Positions 1-10,708 of a DNA stretch of 49,154 nucleotides are shown here, piece by piece. This DNA comes from an uncultured bacterium (lineage in GTDB: Bacteria > Gemmatimonadota > Gemmatimonadetes > Gemmatimonadales > Gemmatimonadaceae): positions 1 through 49,154 of the forward strand of contig CAXBQP010000020.1 in assembly GCA_963978095.1 (NCBI GenBank). Direction: 5' to 3'. The position numbers and the translations under genes are program-made. The notes beneath the pieces are model-generated. The model saw only the letters and a program-made list of their open reading frames with translations, did no database searches and was not told the DNA's origin. How positions within the stretch are numbered: the first letter of the stretch is position 1; every line of letters starts with the position of its first letter.

Positions 1-848
1 GGGAGCCGTTGGCCATCCATCATCACCGCGCGCGGATAGGGCAAGGGGATGACCTGAATCGGCGCGCCGGTCGCATCGGTGGCACCGCGCAGGCGGTGCA
101 GGTTGTCGAGCGAGCGGCGGTGGTTCTCGTCGGCGGGGTCTTCTTCGTGGGCGAGCACCACGACACCGGGGGCGACGAATCGCGCGATGTCATCCACATG
201 GCCATGCGTGTCGTCTCCCACGCAGCCTTCGCCAAGCCAGAGGGTCGTGGTGATGCCCAGGCTCTCCCGGAAGATCCGTTCGTAATCGGCGCGGTCCAGC
301 CCCGGGTTGCGGACCTGCACCTCCGACAGGAGCCACTCTTCGGTCACGAGCAGGGTGCCCTGACCGTCGGTCTCGATGCCGCCCCCTTCGAGCACGACGC
401 GACCGCGGCCATCGGGGCGCTGCGGGAGGTGCGTGGCGAGTCCGCTGACGTGCGCCACGACATCGCCAACTGCCGCGTCGTGCGCGTAGTTGTCGTACTT
501 GGCCCAGGCGTTGAAGCCCCAGTGCACCAGCTCCACCGCGCCCGATGCGTTGAGTACCCCCGTCGGGCCGGAATCCCGGAGCCAGACGCGGTCGTTGGGC
601 GCGACGTGCAGCCGATACCCCGAGGGCACCTGATGCAGGGCAAGGCAGCGCTGCGCCTCCTCGCGGACGGCGTCGTCGTGGCAGAGGATCTCCACCCGTT
701 CATGCCGGTGCAGGGCACGTACGATCTCCGCCCAGACCCAGGGAATCGGCCCGAACTTTCCGGGCCAATCGGGTTCGTGGTGCGGCCACGCGAGCCACGT
801 CGCCTCGTGCCGCTCCCACTCCGCGGGCCATCGCACCGCGGGCCTCAT
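1..848 (-). CDS. aguA: Agmatine deiminase family protein (3' end runs off the window; not in the ORF track)
   Basis: Manual translation from ATG 848 gives MRPAVRWPAEWERHEATWLAWPHHEPDWPGK, the PAEWE..W..WP N-terminus of PAD_porph deiminases. LEGG, DT.GH.DD motifs follow. ATGA overlap with the aguB stop. Confidence 0.9.
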   Translation of the reverse strand, partial: MRPAVRWPAEWERHEATWLAWPHHEPDWPGKFGPIPWVWAEIVRALHRHERVEILCHDDAVREEAQRCLALHQVPSGYRLHVAPNDRVWLRDSGPTGVLNASGAVELVHWGFNAWAKYDNYAHDAAVGDVVAHVSGLATHLPQRPDGRGRVVLEGGGIETDGQGTLLVTEEWLLSEVQVRNPGLDRADYERIFRESLGITTTLWLGEGCVGDDTHGHVDDIARFVAPGVVVLAHEEDPADENHRRSLDNLHRLRGATDATGAPIQVIPLPYPRAVMMDGQRL

Positions 849-1756
849 CCGATCCAGCGATTCAGGATCGGAGCGTAGGCGTCGATGCGCCGATCACGCA
901 GGAAGGGCCAGTTGCGGCGCGTATCCTCGATGCGGCCCAAGTCGCAGGTCGCGATGAGGGTCTCCGGCTCCGTCCCCGCCTGCGCGAGCCAGCGGCCCAA
1001 GGGATCGCAGATGAACGAGTGGCCGAAGAACTCGAGCCCATCGGTCCCCGGCTCGGCTTCAAATCCCACGCGATTCGGCGCGGCCACGAACACGCCGTTG
1101 GCGATGGCGTGCGCGCGCTGGGCGGTGCGCCAGGCGTCGACCTGCGCATCCCCCCACTCGGCTTTCTCCGCCGGATGCCATCCGATCGCCGTCGGGAAGA
1201 ACAGGATCTCGGCACCCAGGAGCGAGGTGATGCGCGCCGCTTCGGGGTACCACTGATCCCAGCAGATCAGGACGCCGATCGTCGCGTAGCGGGTCTTCCA
1301 GACTTTGAATCCGCTCGCGGTACCGGCGCCGTCGTTCACCGCGTCGCCCGGGGCGAAGTAGTATTTCTCCTCGAACAGCGGGTCGTGCGGGATGTGCATC
1401 TTGCGGTAGGTGCCGAGCACCGTGCCATCGGCGTCGATCACGACCGCCGCGTTGCGGTAGACACCAGCGGCCTGCCGTTCATACAGCGGGACGATCAGGA
1501 CGATCGCAAGTTCAGCGGCGAGGGCGGACAGAGTAGCGATCGTGGGACCCGGGATTTCTTCGGCGAGATTGAAGTACTCTTGCCGCAATGACTTGCAGAA
1601 GTACGGCGCGTTGAAGAGTTCCTTCAGGCAGATGATCTGGGCACCCTGCGACGCCGCCTCGCGGATGCGGCGGATGGTCGCCGCGAGCGCGGTCGACGGG
1701 GCGCCGTCGACGGCGTCCTGGATACAGGCGATGGTGACGCGTCTCGAGCCGGTCAT
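845..1756 (-). CDS. aguB: N-carbamoylputrescine amidase (carbon-nitrogen hydrolase)
   Basis: Nitrilase triad motifs ELF, YRKMHIP, EKYYF, ICWDQWYPE; C-terminal RRNWPFLRDRR; adjacent to aguA. Confidence 0.88.
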   Translation of the reverse strand: MTGSRRVTIACIQDAVDGAPSTALAATIRRIREAASQGAQIICLKELFNAPYFCKSLRQEYFNLAEEIPGPTIATLSALAAELAIVLIVPLYERQAAGVYRNAAVVIDADGTVLGTYRKMHIPHDPLFEEKYYFAPGDAVNDGAGTASGFKVWKTRYATIGVLICWDQWYPEAARITSLLGAEILFFPTAIGWHPAEKAEWGDAQVDAWRTAQRAHAIANGVFVAAPNRVGFEAEPGTDGLEFFGHSFICDPLGRWLAQAGTEPETLIATCDLGRIEDTRRNWPFLRDRRIDAYAPILNRWIG

Positions 1757-1775
1757 GACGGGCAATTTAGCCCTG

Positions 1776-3131
1776 TCAGTCGCGAAGTGCGACTACGATG
1801 TCGGCGAGATTGGTGCCGGTAGGGCCGGTGCGGAGCAGGGCACCGATGCGGTCCAGCGCGGGATGTGCGTCGCATCGCCGAAGCTGGCCGGCGGGGTCGA
1901 GTCCGGCGGCGACGATTCGGCCCCAGCTGCGTTCGTCGACGAGTGCGCCGGTGGCATCCGTGGGGCCGTCGCGTCCATCCGTGCCGGCGGCAAGCACGGT
2001 GACGCGCGGCGTTGCCGTCCCGCGCGCATGCGGATCGCGCAGCGCCTGTTGGGCGAGGTGGTGCAACTCGATGGCGGCCGCGAGCGCGAACTGCTGATTG
2101 CGCCCGCCGAGTCCGTGGTCACGGGGGAGATCGACGGTCGTCTCGCCACCGGCGATCAGGCATCGTCCCGGCTCCGCGAACCACGCGGCGCGCGCAAAGG
2201 TGCGTCCTGCCTGTTCCGCCTCGCCGGCGAGCGGCTCCTTGGACAGCAGCGCGGTCCGTCCGAGCGCGGTGGCGGCGGCCGCGGCCGCACGGAGGACGTC
2301 CTGATTCCCAATCACGACTGGCGGTCGCACGTGCGCGAGTGCCGGCGAGCCGGGTTTGGTGGTCTCGGGACGATCACCATGGCGAACGGCGCCGAGGTAG
2401 GCCGCGAGAGAGAGCGGGAGTCGTCGTGCGAGCTCCGTTTCGCGCAGCATCTGCTCGATCTGGGTGGCGAAGAGGGGGTCCGCGCTGAACGGACCACTGG
2501 CGATGTCCGTGGGGTCGTCCCCAACGACGTCGGAGAGGATGACAGGATGGATCGGGGTCGGGGCGAAGGCGAGTCCGAGTCGTCCGGCTCCCCAGCGGGC
2601 GAACCGCTTGCGGATCGCGTTGGTCGCGCGGATGGGCAGTCCCGACTCGAGCAGGAGGGCCGTGAGCGTGGCGAGGTCTTCGCCGCGCACGCCGTCCTCC
2701 GGCGCTCCGATGAGTGCGCTCGTGCCGCCGGAGATCAACGCGATCACCGCGTCGTCTGCGGCGACCTCGTCGCGCAGTGCGCCCAGCGCGTCGGCGCAGA
2801 GGCGTGATCGTGGGCCGGGGATCGGGTGATCACCGACCATGACGGGCAGTGTCGGCGATGCCATCGGGGCCGGGCGTTCGGCGACGACGAGTCCGCCGGC
2901 GCACGGCAGTTGGTGTTCCTCGAGGAATGCCGCGGTGGCCTGCGCCATGGCGGGCGCTGCTTTCCCGGTGGCCACTATCCAGTGCGTTCGCGCGGGTGCG
3001 CCGGTGAGCACGGCCACGGATCGCCCGAGGGCGGCGCGCGTCGCCGCCGCCGGGGCCGCGGCGCGCAGCGCGGCACGAAACACTTCGCCCGCTACCTGGG
3101 CAGCGGGCGAAGGTGGTTCGAGCGGTGTCAT
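1776..3131 (-). CDS. Glycerate kinase type 2 (DUF4147 + MOFRL)
   Basis: GKAA, GDHP, LISGGTSAL, ILSDVVGDD..IASGP, GGETTV, GGRNQ, GTDGRDGPT, TGTN motifs. Confidence 0.9.
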   Translation of the reverse strand: MTPLEPPSPAAQVAGEVFRAALRAAAPAAATRAALGRSVAVLTGAPARTHWIVATGKAAPAMAQATAAFLEEHQLPCAGGLVVAERPAPMASPTLPVMVGDHPIPGPRSRLCADALGALRDEVAADDAVIALISGGTSALIGAPEDGVRGEDLATLTALLLESGLPIRATNAIRKRFARWGAGRLGLAFAPTPIHPVILSDVVGDDPTDIASGPFSADPLFATQIEQMLRETELARRLPLSLAAYLGAVRHGDRPETTKPGSPALAHVRPPVVIGNQDVLRAAAAAATALGRTALLSKEPLAGEAEQAGRTFARAAWFAEPGRCLIAGGETTVDLPRDHGLGGRNQQFALAAAIELHHLAQQALRDPHARGTATPRVTVLAAGTDGRDGPTDATGALVDERSWGRIVAAGLDPAGQLRRCDAHPALDRIGALLRTGPTGTNLADIVVALRD

Positions 3132-3138
3132 GCGGGAA

Positions 3139-3705
3139 TTATGGCGTACTGCCCGATGCTTTTGCCACTGCGGCGCCGAGCTCGTCGTACGAGTCGGCGG
3201 AGAGCTCGCGGAACGGAGACATCACGTGGGCGATGCGGCCGTCCGGGCCGACCACGAACACATTGCGCTTCGCGAAGTTGATGAGCGGAATCTTCGAGTC
3301 GTAGCGCTTGACGACGTCTCCCGTGGGGTCGCTCGCGAACATGATCGGGAACTTCTTTTCCCGGGCCCAGTTCACGAGCACGGTGTCGTCGTCGGTGCTG
3401 ATGCCGATGACCGTCACCTTGTTGCCGTTGTTGAAGAGCTTGGCGTACTGATCACGGTACGCCTCCATTTGGACTGTTCAGCCCTTGGTCCGTGCCTTGG
3501 GGAAGAAGGCGAGGACGACGGTTTGTCCCTTGAGGTCGGACAGGTGGATGGGCTTTTCCGTGAGCCCGTTTTTCGTGGCGCCTGCGAGGGTGAAGTCCGG
3601 AGCGATGTCGCCGACTTTTGGCATGGTTTGCGCGTGGAGGTTCACGGCCGGGCGCGCGAGGAGTAGCGCGGCGGCGGTGAAACGAAGGATCGCGGGGCGG
3701 TTCAC
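3139..3705 (-). CDS. Exported peroxiredoxin (BCP/PrxQ-like) with in-frame TGA, probable selenocysteine (188 aa with readthrough)
   Basis: GTG 3705 overlaps the upstream stop (GTGA). Reads ...FFPKARTKG-TGA(3478-3480)-TVQMEAYRDQY..., in frame with ORF 3139..3468. The TGA aligns with the Cys of the paralog FFPKARTSGCTAQM. Hairpin follows. Confidence 0.88.
3442..3463 (-). promoter_or_regulatory. Putative bacterial SECIS hairpin
   Basis: mRNA GGCGUAC-CGUGAUCA-GUACGCC, a perfect 7-bp stem starting 14 nt after the UGA, with G as second loop base. Confidence 0.75.
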
Positions 3706-4259
3706 TTGGCCCCCGTGACTTTCTTGAGTTGGGCGGCGAGTTCGGTGTAGGAATCCTCGACCATCGGCTTGAAGGGCTTGGTCGTGGCGGCGATCTTGCC
3801 GTCCGGACCCACGATGTAGAGGAGGCGGTTCTCCATGGACCCGTTGTAGGCGCCGTAGGCCTTGCCCATGGCGCCGTTGGCGTCGCTGGCGAAGAGCATC
3901 GGGAAGTTGGCTTCCTTCGCCCAGTTCGCGAGGGTGGTGTCGGCGTCCACGCTCACGCCGATCACCGTGATCCCCTTGCCGCCATTGAAGATCTCGGCCC
4001 ATTTGTCGCGGTAGTGCGTCATCTGGGCGGTGCACCCGGACGTTCGCGCCTTCGGGAAGAAGGCGATGACCACCGTCTGGCCTTTGAGTTTCGCGAGCGA
4101 GATCGGGGCGGCGGTCACGCCGGTTCGGGTGGCACCGGGCAAGGTGAAGTCCGGCGCGACGTCGCCGACTTTGGGCCCGACCTCCTGGGCCTGGGCGCGC
4201 ATCGTTGGGAGGACGAGGCTCGCGGCGAGGGTTGCGACGGTGACGGCAAGTCGGCGCAT
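3702..4259 (-). CDS. Exported peroxiredoxin (BCP/PrxQ-like), Cys paralog
   Basis: AGGAG RBS before ATG 4259; signal peptide; VGDVAPDFTL; PxxxTxxC (PKARTSGC); conserved Arg in NRLLYIV. Confidence 0.9.
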   Translation of the reverse strand: MRRLAVTVATLAASLVLPTMRAQAQEVGPKVGDVAPDFTLPGATRTGVTAAPISLAKLKGQTVVIAFFPKARTSGCTAQMTHYRDKWAEIFNGGKGITVIGVSVDADTTLANWAKEANFPMLFASDANGAMGKAYGAYNGSMENRLLYIVGPDGKIAATTKPFKPMVEDSYTELAAQLKKVTGAK

Positions 4260-4374
4260 CGAGGTGCACTCCTGGAATGAAGTACGAGCGAGGATGGAAC
4301 GGTTGGAATAACGGCCGAACCGGAGGATCGCGCAACGGTCCAGACAGTAGAACCGGACTCGCACACCGGAAGTT

Positions 4375-5277
4375 TCAGGGTGCAGCCGCGATCACACGCA
4401 ATGCCCCGGGAACGGCGTGCACCTGCACGTCCGGTTCCGCGGCGTGGCAGAGCTCTCCGTCCGCCTCGAAGTCCGGCGGGGCCGCGAACCGCAGCGCGAA
4501 GCGCGCCGCGCGTCGGGAGAGCACCTCGGGGTGCGACACATGGGTGCCGCGGATGGCCCGCGCGAAGAGTGGGATCCGCGCCAGCCCCCGGACGTCGCCG
4601 ATCTGCACGCAGTCGAGCTGTCCATCGGTCACCGACGCGTGCGGAGCGATGCGGAAGGTCCCCCCGAAGTTCAGGCCGTTGGAAAAGACCGTCATCATCG
4701 AGTGCCGGGGCTCGGCGGCGATGGCCGCGTTCACGAACGTGAATCCGGGGTAGCGCAGCAAGTGCTTGAGCGACGCGGCGAGGTAGACCGCATTCCCCGT
4801 CAGCGCGCCGCCGCGCCGCGTGTCGTCGAGGACCGCGACGTCGAACCCGAAGCCGGCCACGTTCAGAAACCAGTGCGCGCGCGCCCCGCTGTCGATGCGA
4901 CCCATGTCCACCCGCCACTCGGTGCAGGGTCCGGCGATCAGGCGCGCCATGGCCCGCAGGTCGTGCGAGGGCGCGGGCAGGTTCTTCGCGAAATCGTTGC
5001 CGGTGCCGCCCTGAACAAATGCGATTCGGGCCCCGACGCCCGAGCGCGCGAGCGCGCCGGCGCACTTGCTCCACGTCCCGTCGCCTCCGATCGCCACGAT
5101 GGTGGTCGCGCCATCGTCGAGCGCGCGGGCCACGAGGGAGGCCTCGTCACCCGCGCGCGTGGTGGTGCGAATGTCCGTGATGCCGACCGCTCCGAAGGCG
5201 GTCCGGACGGCCGGGAGCATGCGCGCCCCCCGGCCGCGGCCGGACGCGGGATTGGTGACGACGACCGTGTGGTCCAC
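4375..5277 (-). CDS. Diacylglycerol/lipid kinase (YegS/DgkB family)
   Basis: NPASG, GGDGT, GTGNDFA, FLNVAGFGFD, GGTFRIAP, DGE motifs. Confidence 0.9.
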   Translation of the reverse strand: MDHTVVVTNPASGRGRGARMLPAVRTAFGAVGITDIRTTTRAGDEASLVARALDDGATTIVAIGGDGTWSKCAGALARSGVGARIAFVQGGTGNDFAKNLPAPSHDLRAMARLIAGPCTEWRVDMGRIDSGARAHWFLNVAGFGFDVAVLDDTRRGGALTGNAVYLAASLKHLLRYPGFTFVNAAIAAEPRHSMMTVFSNGLNFGGTFRIAPHASVTDGQLDCVQIGDVRGLARIPLFARAIRGTHVSHPEVLSRRAARFALRFAAPPDFEADGELCHAAEPDVQVHAVPGALRVIAAAP

Positions 5278-5303
5278 CCGTCTCGCGTCCGGTGCGACGC
5301 GCG

Positions 5304-8018
<2,715 letters not shown>

Positions 8019-8074
8019 GTCGATCTCGTGATCGTCGCCCAGTGCACGGCGGCACGGACGTGGATGATCGCCTG

Positions 8075-8142
8075 AGCCACTAGGACTTGCCGTTCGCCGG
8101 GCGCACGCGTCAGGCGCGTGGTGAGGGCACAACTCCTAGGCT
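8075..8142 (-). promoter_or_regulatory. Structured 5' leader of acnA (candidate cis-regulatory RNA)
   Basis: Outer arms AGCCUAGGA / UCCUAG(UG)GCU enclose the inner hairpin CACGCG-CCUGA-CGCGUG. A -10-like TAGATT lies just upstream (about 8151-8156). Confidence 0.4.
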
Positions 8143-8161
8143 GCGAGGAAATCTAACAACA

Positions 8162-8196
8162 GCGCCGGGGGCCGCCACCAGCGCGGCCCCCGGCGC
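8162..8196 (-). terminator. Intrinsic terminator of the S9 peptidase gene
   Basis: Perfect 14-bp inverted repeat GCGCCGGGGGCCGC / GCGGCCCCCGGCGC, followed on the minus strand by TGTTGTT. Confidence 0.7.
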
Positions 8197-8217
8197 ATCC
8201 TCCGATGCAGCCACCGG

Positions 8218-10479
8218 CTACGGCTGGATGCGCGGCGCTGGCGCGTCGACCGTCTTGAGCAACTCCTTCCAATCGAAGCTGACGGGTTTTCCGCGAACCC
8301 ACTTCTCCATCCAGTCGAACTCGGACATGGACTTGGTGTACTGGTCGCGCGCTTCCGGGATGCCGTGCGTCGTGCCAGGGTACACGAAGAACTCGGTGGG
8401 GACGCCCACCCGCTTGAGCGCCATGTGCATCTCCTCGCTCTGTGGGCGGGGCACGCGCGGATCGCCGTCGACGACATGGATCATCATCGGCGTCTTGGCG
8501 TTCTTGATGGTCGCGATCGGGGATTGCTTCCACCAGTTCTCGTACTCATTGCCCTCGAAGAACAACTTGTCGCCGAGGTACCACTGGCGCAGGCGTTGGG
8601 TGTCGGACTGGCCGTACATCGAGATCCAGTTCGCCACGCCGGCGCCGGAGGAGATGGCTTTGAATCGGGTGGTGTGCGTCTCGATCCAGTTCGAGTAGTG
8701 GCCGCCGGCGCTCCATCCGAGCACGCCCATCTGGTTCGGATCCACCAACCCCTGGGCGATCAGGGTGTCGACGCCGGACATGATGTCCTGGTAGCCCTTG
8801 GTGAAATAGTCGCCTTGGGTTTCCGTCTTGAACTTGTCGCCGTAGTTCGTGCTGGCCCGGTAGTTGGGCATCAGCACCACGTAGCCCGCCCCTGCGTAGA
8901 CCTGTGCGCCGTAGCCGCCGTTGAAGGTCAGCTCGTCGGCGGCTGCCGGGCCGCCGTGGATCGACACGATGAGCGGATACTTCTGGCCCAACACGTAGCC
9001 CACCGGCTTGAGCAGGACGCCGCCCACCGGGGTGCCGTCGCTGGATTTCCAGGTGATTTCCGTTTCGTCCCCCAGCGCGATCTGCGCGACCTGCGGATTG
9101 GCGTCCGTCAGCCGGATCCATTTGGCGCGGTCGGAGATCTGTTCGATCGTGGGGACGGTGTAGAGCGAGCTCGGGGTCTTGGGGTCCGTGTAGGTGATGA
9201 GCAGGGCGTTGCTCCCCTCGTCACGCGCGACCGTCACGCTGCCTCTGACGCTCGTCACCGGCTTCACCTTGCCCGAGGCGACGTCGATCGCCACGACCTG
9301 CGTCGTGGCCTTGATGCCTTCGCGCGAGTAGATGGTCTTGCTGTCGTCGCTCCACCAGCCGGGGGTCACGGGACCATCGTAGCCCGCGCCCAGTTTGCGC
9401 CAAGGACCGCCAGCCAGTGCGCGCAGGTAGGTCTTCTCCTGGTGCATGAACTTCCCGTCTTCCGGCGTGCTGTACGCGATCCACTTGCCGTCCGGCGAGA
9501 AGCTCAGCGGGCCTTCGGGGATCTCGAGGTTGTTGGTCAGCCGTTCGACTTTCCCGGACGTGACGTCGAGCAGATACAGGTCGGCGGCGTCGCGCTCCTC
9601 GAGAGTGCCGCGCCAATAGCGGTCATCACGCGTGGCATTGAACCCCACGTACTTGGCATCGTCGGAGACGCTGAACCCGCTCACGCTGTAGTTGACGTCG
9701 TTGGTCAGCCGCTTGCTGGCGCGGCTGACCAGGTCGAGCACGTAGAGGTGCACGCGCGGCTCGATCGCGTTGCGGATCTTCACCCCGAACTTCGCGTCCG
9801 TGCGGCGCCGTTCGTCGCTCTGGACCGTGTCCGGCGACAGGTAAAAGATCTTGGATCCATCCTTGGAGAACTGCCAGTTCTGGACGGGGGTCGTTCCACG
9901 GGTGAGTTGCACGGCCGGCGTTTCCAGTGCGTTCGCGGGGATCCCCCACAACTGGGTGGCCTCCGCGCGTCCGGTGGCGTACACGAGCCACTTGCCGTCG
10001 CGGCTGACCGCGAACTGTCCGACGCCGTTGGGCGCGTCGGTGAGTTTGCGCGCCTCACCGCCGTCGGTCCGCATGAAGTACAGCTGGTTTCCACCGCCCG
10101 CGGCGCCGCCGCGCCCCCCTGCGGCAGCGGCCGCGCCGGCCGCCGCGTCACGATTGCTGGCGAACACGAAGCCGCCGTCGGAGACCCAGCGTGCCGGCCC
10201 CTCGTCCTTGTCCTTGGTGAAGGTCAGCTGCCGCGTCGAGGGCAGCCCGTCCTTCATCGACACCAGGTAGAGATCCGATTGGCGCTTCGCTGCCTTCCAG
10301 TCCGGCGTGGTGAGGGTGTACAGCATCCACTTGCCGTCGGGACTGACCGCGGGCGCGGCGGCCGTGCGCATCTCCTGCACGTCCATGAACGTCATCGGGC
10401 GTTGTTGCTGCGCCGAGAGTGTGAGGGCGAGCGGCGAGCCGAGGACGAACAGGGCAACCGGGAGCGAACGGGAGCGCAT
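8218..10479 (-). CDS. S9 prolyl oligopeptidase / dipeptidyl aminopeptidase family, secreted
   Basis: Signal peptide (LSA-Q); PD40-like SPDGK repeats; HGGP; GWSAGG nucleophile; DPRVP Asp; THGI His. Confidence 0.92.
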   Translation of the reverse strand: MRSRSLPVALFVLGSPLALTLSAQQQRPMTFMDVQEMRTAAAPAVSPDGKWMLYTLTTPDWKAAKRQSDLYLVSMKDGLPSTRQLTFTKDKDEGPARWVSDGGFVFASNRDAAAGAAAAAGGRGGAAGGGNQLYFMRTDGGEARKLTDAPNGVGQFAVSRDGKWLVYATGRAEATQLWGIPANALETPAVQLTRGTTPVQNWQFSKDGSKIFYLSPDTVQSDERRRTDAKFGVKIRNAIEPRVHLYVLDLVSRASKRLTNDVNYSVSGFSVSDDAKYVGFNATRDDRYWRGTLEERDAADLYLLDVTSGKVERLTNNLEIPEGPLSFSPDGKWIAYSTPEDGKFMHQEKTYLRALAGGPWRKLGAGYDGPVTPGWWSDDSKTIYSREGIKATTQVVAIDVASGKVKPVTSVRGSVTVARDEGSNALLITYTDPKTPSSLYTVPTIEQISDRAKWIRLTDANPQVAQIALGDETEITWKSSDGTPVGGVLLKPVGYVLGQKYPLIVSIHGGPAAADELTFNGGYGAQVYAGAGYVVLMPNYRASTNYGDKFKTETQGDYFTKGYQDIMSGVDTLIAQGLVDPNQMGVLGWSAGGHYSNWIETHTTRFKAISSGAGVANWISMYGQSDTQRLRQWYLGDKLFFEGNEYENWWKQSPIATIKNAKTPMMIHVVDGDPRVPRPQSEEMHMALKRVGVPTEFFVYPGTTHGIPEARDQYTKSMSEFDWMEKWVRGKPVSFDWKELLKTVDAPAPRIQP

Positions 10480-10708
10480 GGAGATTTTTCCGTGTGGCTG
10501 GAGGATGCAGTACCGTGGCGAGTTTCCGCGCAATCGTCAAGCACCACGCCGTGCATCATGGGGCCGCTGGTGCCGTAGCGGGTGACGTAGCGGGTGACGT
10601 CCCGCACGGTGACGGCCGCCCGCAACAACGGCGACGCGCGCCGGACGGCACGATGCGAGTCGTCGCCCCCGTGGATAAGTTTGCCGGAGTACCCTTCCGA
10701 AACCCCGC

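Noticed and set aside
9..878. 289-aa plus-strand ORF
   Set aside because: The real gene is agmatine deiminase on the minus strand.
3478..3480. UGA as evidence of genetic code 4 or 25
   Set aside because: TGA terminates many genes here at their expected C-termini (aguB, psuG, acs, pilT).
3478..4335. 285-aa ORF as listed, or a frameshift fusion of the two Prx genes
   Set aside because: Only the last 75 codons (from GTG 3705) are meaningful. The upstream part is an off-frame read of the Cys paralog, and the GTGA overlap explains the junction.
10099..10150. Ala/Gly-rich insert in the S9 peptidase (AAAGAAAAAGGRGGAAGGG)
   Set aside because: In-frame low-complexity linker; no sign of an inserted element.
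10480..10708. Small ORFs or a CRISPR-like array in the intergenic region
   Set aside because: No protein-like signal, and the repeat has only two contiguous copies with no spacers.
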